A stretch of 39,994 nucleotides of DNA from a virus. Location of the stretch: the IMG/VR virus record IMGVR_UViG_3300048998_000125, positions 1-39,994 of that record. One strand, 5' to 3'. The notes under the pieces were generated by a model. That model was not told where the DNA came from, did no database searches, and saw nothing but the letters and a program-made list of their open reading frames with translations. This document shows, piece by piece, positions 22,120-28,836 of this stretch. The stretch's first letter is position 1. Each line of letters starts with the position of its first letter. The position numbers and the translations under genes are program-made.

Positions 22120-22259
22120 AGCGCACCCCGCACCAGCCCGACCGCATAGCCGACGACGAAGCCGGTCCACGCTGCCGAGGTCAGGAAGCCGGCAATGAAT
22201 GCCAGCTCGATCTGCGTGGCGAAGTGCAGGCGGTTCCAGTGGGCGCGTAGGCGGGTCAT
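22116..22259 (-). CDS. 47-aa membrane peptide
   Basis: ATG 22259 forms an ATGA overlap. It has a single TM segment, IELAFIAGFLTSAAWTGFVVGYAVGLV. Confidence 0.45.
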   Translation of the reverse strand: MTRLRAHWNRLHFATQIELAFIAGFLTSAAWTGFVVGYAVGLVRGAL

Positions 22260-23449
22260 AGCGGCTCCCCGAACATTTCCTCGCCCATGCTCATCATCTT
22301 TTCGAAGAGGAAGTTCTGCATATCGCGCGAGCAATCGCGGTATTTGTGCTTGAGGTGCAGGAACTCTTCGACCAGCACCGACGCCACTTGCTTGGTGCCG
22401 CCAAGATGGAAAGCGCGTTCGGCGATGTAGATGGTGTCGTTCTCAGCCAGCCCGAGGGTGCCTTCGCCAAGCGATTCAATAACCTTGATCGGATATGTGA
22501 TGTTGAAGCCGATCTTGGAGCAGAAAGTCTCTGCACGCTCCAGCGTTTTGCGCTGGACCTCGGTCAAAGTAATTTCGACCGGCGCGATTTTTTGCTTGGT
22601 CTTGTCTTCCCATACTTTGATGGCAGTCGGGTTCACTTTCGTGAGCCGGTCGCAGGTCAGCTCACCCACTACGCGGAGGAAAGTTTCGCTTGGGCTGACA
22701 CCGTATTGGTGAAAGTCGAGGACGTGTTCCTGATACGAATCGTCTGCCGTGAGAATCGATTTCAGGAACAGCACATCGTCGGACTTTGCCACTGCGGAGG
22801 CGATGCGCTCCAGCGGCTCCCATTGGTGTTTGATAGTCCGATCTTCGGTCAGGTCGAGCGTCTGATTATCGTTGTAGGTGTACATGCATTCGCGGGGCAT
22901 CTGCCCGACTCGCACACCGCGATAGAAGTACGCGCTGCCGCCGCGACGTCGAATCTCCATGCTGCCGCAGACCAGGTAAGGCTCGTCTTCGAGGATGTAT
23001 TTGTGGCGCTCGTAGAAGATTTCCTCGAACGGTTTCCCCACGATGACGATATCAGTCTGGTCTGGCATGCCTTCCGGCATCGACATCATCTTCTGCCCGG
23101 TTCCCGATTCGTCCATGCAGTTACAAGCGATTTCGCGATACGCCATCCACAAGTCCCATTGGGCGCCCAAGTGAGTGGTGAAGCCGATATCGACCGGCGC
23201 GGCATCGGCCACAGCCATGGTGACGAATTTGAATTCTTGTCCGCGCACCGCACCGACGCGCACGCCGAATTTGATTTCAGTGGTGCCGGAAAAAATCGTG
23301 ACTTCGTGGCCGGTGCGCAGCAGTACGGCGATGGCATATTTCAAGCCGGTGCCGAAAAAGCCGATAGGATTCTCGCCTTCCTTGACCGACACGCCGAACG
23401 TGGAAATAGCGGCGATGTCGATTTCGCCTTGGTTGGTGAAGACGATCAT
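22256..23449 (-). CDS. Hypothetical 397-aa early protein with N-terminal G-x-x-G-x-G-hK nucleotide-binding-like motif
   Basis: ATG 23449 forms an ATGA overlap (M16 of the track ORF). PIGFFGTGLKYAIAVLL resembles the GHKL ATP-lid motif. No other motif was recognised. Confidence 0.6.
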   Translation of the reverse strand: MIVFTNQGEIDIAAISTFGVSVKEGENPIGFFGTGLKYAIAVLLRTGHEVTIFSGTTEIKFGVRVGAVRGQEFKFVTMAVADAAPVDIGFTTHLGAQWDLWMAYREIACNCMDESGTGQKMMSMPEGMPDQTDIVIVGKPFEEIFYERHKYILEDEPYLVCGSMEIRRRGGSAYFYRGVRVGQMPRECMYTYNDNQTLDLTEDRTIKHQWEPLERIASAVAKSDDVLFLKSILTADDSYQEHVLDFHQYGVSPSETFLRVVGELTCDRLTKVNPTAIKVWEDKTKQKIAPVEITLTEVQRKTLERAETFCSKIGFNITYPIKVIESLGEGTLGLAENDTIYIAERAFHLGGTKQVASVLVEEFLHLKHKYRDCSRDMQNFLFEKMMSMGEEMFGEPL

Positions 23450-23763
23450 TGCTCGCCCTCCATGCTGGCGATTGCATCCAGCTCGGCGCGACAATTGATC
23501 GCCTTGTCGAGGTCCGCTTTCATCACTGCGAACAGTGCATCCTTGTCGCCGGCCAAGATGGCGCGCACCATCGGCACGCCGTCGCCGGTTTCGTAGCCGA
23601 CCATGTCAGCAGCCAGAAAGGCGGCTTCCTTGTCGGTCAGGCTCAGGCGCATGGCCGCTGCGTTGACTTCGGTCAGCTTGATGAGGTGTGCGTTTTCCTG
23701 GGCTGCGCTGGTGAACCGTGGTTCATGCCGGGGAAAACCAAATTGACGGTTAATGCTTTGCAT
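23446..23763 (-). CDS. First gene of the leftward early operon, 105 aa, unknown function
   Basis: ATG 23763 follows GGAAGAGAGGAAAAAA and lies ~39 nt downstream of the predicted PL start. Confidence 0.65.
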   Translation of the reverse strand: MQSINRQFGFPRHEPRFTSAAQENAHLIKLTEVNAAAMRLSLTDKEAAFLAADMVGYETGDGVPMVRAILAGDKDALFAVMKADLDKAINCRAELDAIASMEGEQ

Positions 23764-23779
23764 TTTTTCCTCTCTTCCG

Positions 23780-23859
23780 TTAGGTATGCCTAAGTTCGTT
23801 ACAGGTCTATGTTAGGCATGCCTAAGCATGAAGTCAAGAAATATTTTAGGCTTACCTAA
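23780..23859. promoter_or_regulatory. OL: three 14-bp palindromic operators TTAGG-N4-CCTAA
   Basis: TTAGGTATGCCTAA (23780-23793), TTAGGCATGCCTAA (23812-23825, perfect palindrome) and TTAGGCTTACCTAA (23846-23859). The same motif occurs three times between cI and cro. Confidence 0.8.
23809..23837 (-). promoter_or_regulatory. PL-like early leftward promoter
   Basis: The minus strand reads TTGACT (23837-23832), a 17-nt spacer, then TAACAT (23814-23809). The central operator fills the spacer and overlaps the -10. Confidence 0.7.
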
Positions 23860-23887
23860 AAATAGTTGGTTTCAGCGTGGAGAGGGT

Positions 23888-23913
23888 GTAAAAAAACCCG
23901 CCGAAGCGGGTTT
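23888..23913 (-). terminator. Strong intrinsic terminator ending the immunity (cI) operon
   Basis: The minus strand reads AAACCCGC-UUCG-GCGGGUUU followed by UUUUUUA, 20 nt after the lipoprotein gene stop. Confidence 0.85.
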
Positions 23914-23932
23914 CATGGCGACGAGGCAAGGG

Positions 23933-24280
23933 TCAGTCGTGGTCGGCGGACCAGCGAACGCCGCATTGCCGGCGCTCTTCGCGGTCTTTTACCTTGGAAT
24001 CTTCGAGGGTTTGCCACTGCATGTTGCTGGGCGCGTCCGGGCCGCAGGCGCAGAGCGGGACAACATGGTCCACCACGTAGCCAGGGCAGGCGCCGGACGG
24101 CTTGCCGGTGGCAGGGCAGGGCTGCAGGCGCTTGAACTCGGACACCGCCGCGCGGCTGCGAGCTATGCGGCCGGCGTCGTCTCGATCGGGGTTACAAGGT
24201 TGGCGGTTCGGCGTCGTGCAACCAGTAACCAAAGCGGCGCACATCCAAGCGGTCAAGCATGCGAGCCTAGAAATCTTCAA
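23933..24280 (-). CDS. Lipoprotein with HNH/His-Me-finger-like motif (lysogeny-expressed moron)
   Basis: TTG 24280. The signal peptide plus lipobox is MKISRLACLTAWMCAALVTG|C. PGYVVDHVVPLCACGPDAPSNMQWQTLEDSKVKD resembles the G-x-x-x-DH-x-x-PL..GG.D...N.Q.Q family of secreted HNH-motif proteins. Confidence 0.65.
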   Translation of the reverse strand: MKISRLACLTAWMCAALVTGCTTPNRQPCNPDRDDAGRIARSRAAVSEFKRLQPCPATGKPSGACPGYVVDHVVPLCACGPDAPSNMQWQTLEDSKVKDREERRQCGVRWSADHD

Positions 24281-24515
24281 ATCTCGACTCTTTCGGTAGC
24301 GCGTCTGCGCAAGCTTCAGTGGCTCGTGAAATTGCGCGTAGTTGGTCAGTCATTGTCGACAGGTCGTCTGCCAGCAATGCAATTTTGCCGTTTAGATCTT
24401 CCCGCTGATTGTGCGCGATATGCTCAATCGATTCTAATTTTTTCAGAATGTCGTTCGCGCGGAAATATAGGGCGATCAGGACGCTGAGTGCAACGGCGAG
24501 TAGGATTTCGAACAT
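24267..24515 (-). CDS. 82-aa single-pass membrane / coiled-coil protein downstream of cI
   Basis: ATG 24515 lies 5 nt after GAGG (M25 of the track ORF). The TM segment is FEILLAVALSVLIALYF, followed by heptad-like helices. Confidence 0.6.
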   Translation of the reverse strand: MFEILLAVALSVLIALYFRANDILKKLESIEHIAHNQREDLNGKIALLADDLSTMTDQLRAISRATEACADALPKESRFEDF

Positions 24516-24522
24516 AACTACC

Positions 24523-25215
24523 TCAAAGGCGGTTTTTGATTTTCCGTGCCGGCACTGGATGTGCGACATAGTACATCCACACCACATCTTCTTCGGTGGT
24601 GTTGATCACCTCCGGATCGTTGTAGCTACCCAGCCGAATGCCGCCGCGCCGCGAAAGCAACCGCTTGAGCATCGTCCTGCCATCTTTCAGCCGCACCAGC
24701 ACGTCGTCTTCCAGCTCTGGAGTGGTGCCTGGCTCGACCAAAGCGTATTCCCCAGGGTTGAATCGCGGCACGCCGGACACGCCCTCGATCGGCACCAGAA
24801 AGGCATTCGGATCGCCGCTGGCCACCTCGGCATAGACGTCGGACGCACCGGCAGGGTAATCACCATCACCCCAAATCCGATCCGGTATCCCCGCCATCGC
24901 CTTGCCATACGCCGGGATCTTGCGCATGCGGTCCGTGCCGGCCGGGAAGGCGCCCGCGATATCGTCATGCGCGCGCGCCACGCGCTCGGCTTCTCGCGGT
25001 TCGCGGCCGTGCAGCAGCCATTGCGCGGTAATGCCGAGCACTTCGCAGACCCGCGTCAGATTCTTGCCGGCGATTTCCTTGATGCCGCCGTCCTCGACGC
25101 TTTTCTCCCAGTCGGTAACCGTTGCGTTCGAAACCGGTACCAATCTGGCAAAGGCGGTCTTGCTCAGCACAGCCGCTTCCCTGGCTTCTTTCAGCCTTTG
25201 TTTCCACTCTTCCAT
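24523..25215 (-). CDS. cI: CI-like repressor (XRE HTH + S24 LexA-like peptidase domain)
   Basis: The HTH is LSKTAFARLVPVSNATVTDWE. The C-terminal segment FLVPIEGVSGVPRFNPGEYALVEP...DDVLVRLKDGRTMLKRL parallels the S24 Ser...Lys architecture. The gene is divergent from cro, with three operators between them. Confidence 0.85.
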   Translation of the reverse strand: MEEWKQRLKEAREAAVLSKTAFARLVPVSNATVTDWEKSVEDGGIKEIAGKNLTRVCEVLGITAQWLLHGREPREAERVARAHDDIAGAFPAGTDRMRKIPAYGKAMAGIPDRIWGDGDYPAGASDVYAEVASGDPNAFLVPIEGVSGVPRFNPGEYALVEPGTTPELEDDVLVRLKDGRTMLKRLLSRRGGIRLGSYNDPEVINTTEEDVVWMYYVAHPVPARKIKNRL

Positions 25216-25286
25216 TAGGCAATCCTAATTGTTTTTGAATTAGTTAAGCCTAAAATTCCTTGCATAAAGTCTTTAGGTATGCCTAA
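25215..25286. promoter_or_regulatory. OR: three operators TTAGG-N4-CCTAA between cI and cro
   Basis: TTAGGCAATCCTAA (25215-25228), TTAGTTAAGCCTAA (25240-25253, 1 mismatch) and TTAGGTATGCCTAA (25273-25286, identical to the OL site at 23780). Confidence 0.8.
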
Positions 25287-25289
25287 AAT
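25260..25289 (+). promoter_or_regulatory. PR-like promoter for cro (architecture mirrors PL)
   Basis: TTGCAT (25260-25265), an 18-nt spacer containing the operator at 25273-25286, then TAAAAT (25284-25289). The cro ATG is only 5 nt after the -10, so the mRNA would be leaderless or nearly so. An alternative is TTGTTT (25229) - 16 nt - TAAAAT (25251). Confidence 0.5.
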
Positions 25290-25294
25290 AAGGC

Positions 25295-25528
25295 ATGGAT
25301 ACCCAAAACGCCCCTTTCGAAGACATGGTCACCGACCCGAACATCATCATTGAGCGGCTCGGCGGCACCTCCAAAACCGCTGAGATTTGCGATCTCAAGC
25401 CGCCGTCGATAACGCAGTGGCGGTCCGATGGGATTCCGAAGCCTTGGCTTAAATACCTGCGGTTGGCCTATCCCGCAGTCTTCCGTCAGGACTGGAAGCC
25501 GCCAGAGCCAGCGCCGCAACAACATTAA
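25295..25528 (+). CDS. cro: Cro/YdaS-like small HTH regulator
   Basis: 77 aa. IIERLGGTSKTAEICDLKPPSITQWRSDGIPKPWLKYL matches the YdaS/Cro pattern. The gene is divergent from cI. Confidence 0.8.
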   Translation: MDTQNAPFEDMVTDPNIIIERLGGTSKTAEICDLKPPSITQWRSDGIPKPWLKYLRLAYPAVFRQDWKPPEPAPQQH

Positions 25529-25538
25529 TTTCCTTGAA

Positions 25539-25570
25539 GCACTGCCACACCGGCAGTGTCTTTTTTTTCT
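25539..25570 (+). terminator. tR1-like intrinsic terminator directly after cro
   Basis: CACTGCC-ACACC-GGCAGTG (7-bp stem) is followed by TCTTTTTTTTCT. Confidence 0.85.
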
Positions 25571-25619
25571 CTGATTTTGTCTGTCCGTAGTTGTCCGAAA
25601 GAATCGGAAGAGGTCGTAA

Positions 25620-26030
25620 ATGGTCGAAAACACCAACCAGCCAGCCCTGTTTTGCGAGTCGCCGGAAGAGGCGCTGCGCGAAGCTGTGAAGGCGCTCGGG
25701 GGCGCGAAGAAAGTAGGGGAGAAGCTGCGCCCGGACATGCTGGCAGACGACGCCGGCAAGTGGCTGTCGGACTGCTTGAACACCGACCGCCGGGAAAAGC
25801 TGGGCCTGGGGCAAATTCTCTGGATCCTGCGCGAGGCGCGGAAGACCAATTACCACGGCGCCATCAACTACATCTGCGGCGACACGGGCTATGGGTGTCC
25901 GGCGCCGATCGAGCCGGAAGACGAAAAAGCCAAGCTGATGCGAGATTTCATCAGCGCGACCGAGCAGCAGACCCGCAACGTCAAGCGCATGGAAGAGCTG
26001 GCCCGGCTCGGCATTGGAGTCGCGCCATGA
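25620..26030 (+). CDS. Hypothetical early protein, 136 aa
   Basis: ATG 25620 follows GGAAGAGG. No motif was recognised. Confidence 0.65.
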   Translation: MVENTNQPALFCESPEEALREAVKALGGAKKVGEKLRPDMLADDAGKWLSDCLNTDRREKLGLGQILWILREARKTNYHGAINYICGDTGYGCPAPIEPEDEKAKLMRDFISATEQQTRNVKRMEELARLGIGVAP

Positions 26031-26194
26031 AACGCCACCTCCCCATTTTCCGCAGCCGCATGAATCTGGCCGTGCAATGGGCGCTGGCCGTCATGGGCTG
26101 TCCGCACGCCATTGAGGCGCTGCATCACGAGAATTACTTGAGCGGCCGGTTCGCAGTCTATGCCCAACAGCGGCTCCAAGGGAGGCGCAAGTGA
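26027..26194 (+). CDS. 55-aa ORF, translationally coupled (ATGA)
   Basis: MKRHLPIFRSRMNLAVQWALAVMGCPHAIEALHHENYLSGRFAVYAQQRLQGRRK. It is below the track cutoff as an independent ORF. Confidence 0.4.
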   Translation: MKRHLPIFRSRMNLAVQWALAVMGCPHAIEALHHENYLSGRFAVYAQQRLQGRRK

Positions 26195-26436
26195 CGGAGA
26201 TTATTCCAATCGAAGCGATCCGAAAGAGCGCGCAGGAAGCAGCTTTCGCCGGGCAGTCGGCATGCCCGGAGGAATACCAGGAACGGTTTTACGCCATATG
26301 GATGTACGAGCTGCGGGTGGCGAATTACGAGCTGAAGCAAATGTCGCCGCTGACTCGGGCCGGACTTTCGGACGATGAAATCATGCGACTGCACGAGTCA
26401 AGCCGTGTTGCGCTCGATCAAGGGGAGGGCGCTTGA
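26191..26436 (+). CDS. Hypothetical protein, 81 aa
   Basis: GTG 26191 follows AAGGGAGG and forms a GTGA overlap with the upstream ORF. Confidence 0.6.
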   Translation: MTEIIPIEAIRKSAQEAAFAGQSACPEEYQERFYAIWMYELRVANYELKQMSPLTRAGLSDDEIMRLHESSRVALDQGEGA

Positions 26437-27308
26437 ACTTCTATAAGCGCCATATCGGCGACTACATCAAGGACGCCGGGCACCTGACCCTGCTCGAGCA
26501 CGGCATCTACTCGCGGCTGATGGACGTCTATTACACCCGCGAGGAAGCGCTGCCGGAAGACAAGATAGCGCGCCTGATCGGAGCCAGGTCGAAGGATGAA
26601 CTGCAGGCACTGCAAAACGTGCTTGGCGAGTTCTTTACCCTGGAAGACGCAAAGTGGTTCCAAGGCCGCTGCGAACGGGAAATAGAAGCAGCTTCGGCAA
26701 AAGGCGAGAAGAACCGGGAGAACGGAAAAAAGGGTGGTCGACCGAAAAAAGAGAAAACCGAAATCGAAACCGATCAAAACCCAAATGGTTTTACTGTTGA
26801 AAACCATGTGGGTTCTGAAAATAACCTTAGCCAGACACCAGACACCAGACACCAGACTCCAGACTTAAAAACAGAAAACACCGCCAGCAGTCCATCCGGG
26901 GCTGGAAGCGCCCGCCCAACTGCTGGAGAAATCTCGAAAACATTCCGAGCAGCCGGCGTCATGACCAATCCGGCAGACCCGCGAATCATCAAGCTGTCCG
27001 AGCAGCAAATCCCGATCGAGACCATCAAGGCCGCCTGCGAAACCGCGAAGGAAGCAAAGCCGGGCGAGACCATCGGCATCGGGTACGTCGTTGCCATCCT
27101 CGAGCGCTGGGCAAAGGAAGCGGCCGAGATCAAGGTCAACGGGGCACGAGCGCCGGGACAACCGAAAGCGCCTACCTGGCGCGACAACCGAGCAGAGGTG
27201 GAACGCCTCGGACGAGAAGTCAACATCCTGCCGGAAGGCACCGACACGTACAGCAGCTACGCCAATCGGGTCGAGGCTGAACTTCGAAAACAAGGAAAAC
27301 TGCCATGA
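26433..27308 (+). CDS. Replication organiser: N-terminal DUF1376 (YdaU-like) + C-terminal DnaD-like segment
   Basis: TTG 26433 follows AAGGGGAGGG. NFYKRHIGDYIKDAGHLTLLEHGIYSRLMDVYY is the DUF1376 signature. The C-terminal IGIGYVVAILERWAKE resembles the DnaD/replisome-organiser motif. Confidence 0.75.
   Translation: MNFYKRHIGDYIKDAGHLTLLEHGIYSRLMDVYYTREEALPEDKIARLIGARSKDELQALQNVLGEFFTLEDAKWFQGRCEREIEAASAKGEKNRENGKKGGRPKKEKTEIETDQNPNGFTVENHVGSENNLSQTPDTRHQTPDLKTENTASSPSGAGSARPTAGEISKTFRAAGVMTNPADPRIIKLSEQQIPIETIKAACETAKEAKPGETIGIGYVVAILERWAKEAAEIKVNGARAPGQPKAPTWRDNRAEVERLGREVNILPEGTDTYSSYANRVEAELRKQGKLP
26831..26865 (+). repeat. Five tandem heptamers (CCAGACA)x3(CCAGACT)x2 inside the replication gene, followed by an A-rich tract
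   Basis: ccagacaccagacaccagacaccagactccagact, then taaaaacagaaaaca. It encodes the linker SQTPDTRHQTPDLK. Confidence 0.95.
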
Positions 27309-27760
27309 GCATGAGCGACCGCCAAGTTGCACAAAACCATCCAGCGCAGTGCTGCGCCTACGGCTGCCCGATGCTCGGCACCATGAGCAAGAGCACCACA
27401 GGCGGCAAGCAGGACTGGATTTGCAGGCATCACTTCGACGCTGACGGCGGCGCCTGGCAGACGGTGACGAACGAACTGCGCCGCGTGCACTGGCTGGTCG
27501 AAGCAATCCAGACGCTGCGCGCGAACTGGCGGCAACCGACTTGGGACAACGCCAAGGCGCATGCCAAGACCTTGCTCGTCGGTGCCCAGCGCTCGGACCT
27601 GCTGCCGAACAAGGAAAAGGACAAGACGCAGTACGAGTGGATGTTCCGCCTCGAGAACGAGCTGCACACCCTGGTCAAGGTCGAGCGGCACCACGAGAAC
27701 AAGCAGGCCGAGATTGAAGGGCAGGGCTTCCGGCGGGTTGCTTTCGCTGAGGCCGAATAG
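27305..27760 (+). CDS. Hypothetical protein with Cys-rich N-terminus, 151 aa
   Basis: ATGA overlap with the upstream gene. CCAYGCPMLG...WICRHH suggests a zinc-binding module. Confidence 0.6.
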   Translation: MSMSDRQVAQNHPAQCCAYGCPMLGTMSKSTTGGKQDWICRHHFDADGGAWQTVTNELRRVHWLVEAIQTLRANWRQPTWDNAKAHAKTLLVGAQRSDLLPNKEKDKTQYEWMFRLENELHTLVKVERHHENKQAEIEGQGFRRVAFAEAE

Positions 27761-27826
27761 CAGCAAAGAACTGAGCATTACTGACACTTTTTGTCACATC
27801 AACGAACCACAACCAGGGAGAAGGAA

Positions 27827-28183
27827 ATGAATCATCAGGAAAGAGCAATTCTCGGTCTCAATGGCGGATACGCGGCCATGAGCGGCTTGAACAACGCGGC
27901 CGCGCTGCAGGCCGCGCAGCCGCAACCGGCCCGCGATCAATCGCCGGTCGAGCAGAGCATGTCCATCCTGTCCAACGCGATCACCGAGGCGCGGGCCGAG
28001 GCCGAGTATCTTGCGAACCGCCTGGAGCCAGTGCGCAAGCCGCCGGTGCCGCAGGAGACGGCCAAAGAGATGGAACATCCGGTCGCCAGCTGTCCACTCG
28101 ATGCTCAAGTGCTGGAGTTAGCGCGCCGTGCGCTGGGCCTGTCGGAACTGCTGCGGCGGCTGCAACACGAACTGCGCATCTGA
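27827..28183 (+). CDS. Hypothetical protein, 118 aa
   Basis: ATG 27827 follows GGGAGAAGGAA (M13 of the track ORF). Confidence 0.6.
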   Translation: MNHQERAILGLNGGYAAMSGLNNAAALQAAQPQPARDQSPVEQSMSILSNAITEARAEAEYLANRLEPVRKPPVPQETAKEMEHPVASCPLDAQVLELARRALGLSELLRRLQHELRI

Positions 28184-28250
28184 CCAGCTGCATGAACGGC
28201 AACGACAGGCTGGTGACGCCCGACAATCCGGTGCATGAAGGGACGAGACG

Positions 28251-28718
28251 ATGAATCCGATCACGATCACGCTGCCTTATCCGATCTCTGCCAACCGCTA
28301 CTGGCGCCAGGTCATCATCAACGGCCGTGCGATCAGCGTGCCGACGAAGGAATCGAAGGCGTACAAGCAGCACGTGCAGGCGCTGGCCATGGTCGCCGGC
28401 ATCCGCAAGCCGATCACCGGCCGCGTTGCCATCGACATCAAGCTCTATCCGCACCGGCCGCTGGACTGGCAGAAGCGCATGAAGGTAAACGGCTCGAGCT
28501 GGGACGACACGGTGCAGTGCATCGACCTGGACAACGCGAACAAGGTGCTGCTCGACTCGTTGAAGGGCGTGGCGATCGAGGACGACAAGTGGGTGCGCTG
28601 CCTGCACTCGGAACGAATGGAACCGGACGGCGGCGAGGCGCGCGTGGTAGTGACGATTGCGCCGGTGGCAGTTGAGGCGCCGCAGGTGGCATTGTTTGCG
28701 GAGGCGGCCAATGCCTGA
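28251..28718 (+). CDS. rusA: RusA-family Holliday junction resolvase
   Basis: ITLPYPISANRYWR ... CIDLDNANKVLLDSLKGVAIEDDKWV matches the RusA catalytic D-x-DN..K...D...DD pattern. Confidence 0.85.
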   Translation: MNPITITLPYPISANRYWRQVIINGRAISVPTKESKAYKQHVQALAMVAGIRKPITGRVAIDIKLYPHRPLDWQKRMKVNGSSWDDTVQCIDLDNANKVLLDSLKGVAIEDDKWVRCLHSERMEPDGGEARVVVTIAPVAVEAPQVALFAEAANA

Positions 28719-28836
28719 CGTCTATCTCGCATTACTGGTCAACTTGGTGGTGCACGGCTGGCTGCCGCCTTCGGCGCTGACGGAATATGCGGCCAGCGAA
28801 GTGCGGGACGAGCCGCTGCCGCAGGAGGCTGCATGA
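28711..28836 (+). CDS. 41-aa ORF coupling rusA to the next gene
   Basis: MPDVYLALLVNLVVHGWLPPSALTEYAASEVRDEPLPQEAA. It overlaps the rusA stop and the next ATG (ATGA). Confidence 0.3.
   Translation: MPDVYLALLVNLVVHGWLPPSALTEYAASEVRDEPLPQEAA

Noticed and set aside
25229-25256. Alternative PR (TTGTTT-16-TAAAAT) upstream of the preferred one
   Set aside because: It is not excluded, but it does not reproduce the promoter-operator geometry seen at PL. It is kept as an alternative in the OR finding rather than as a feature.
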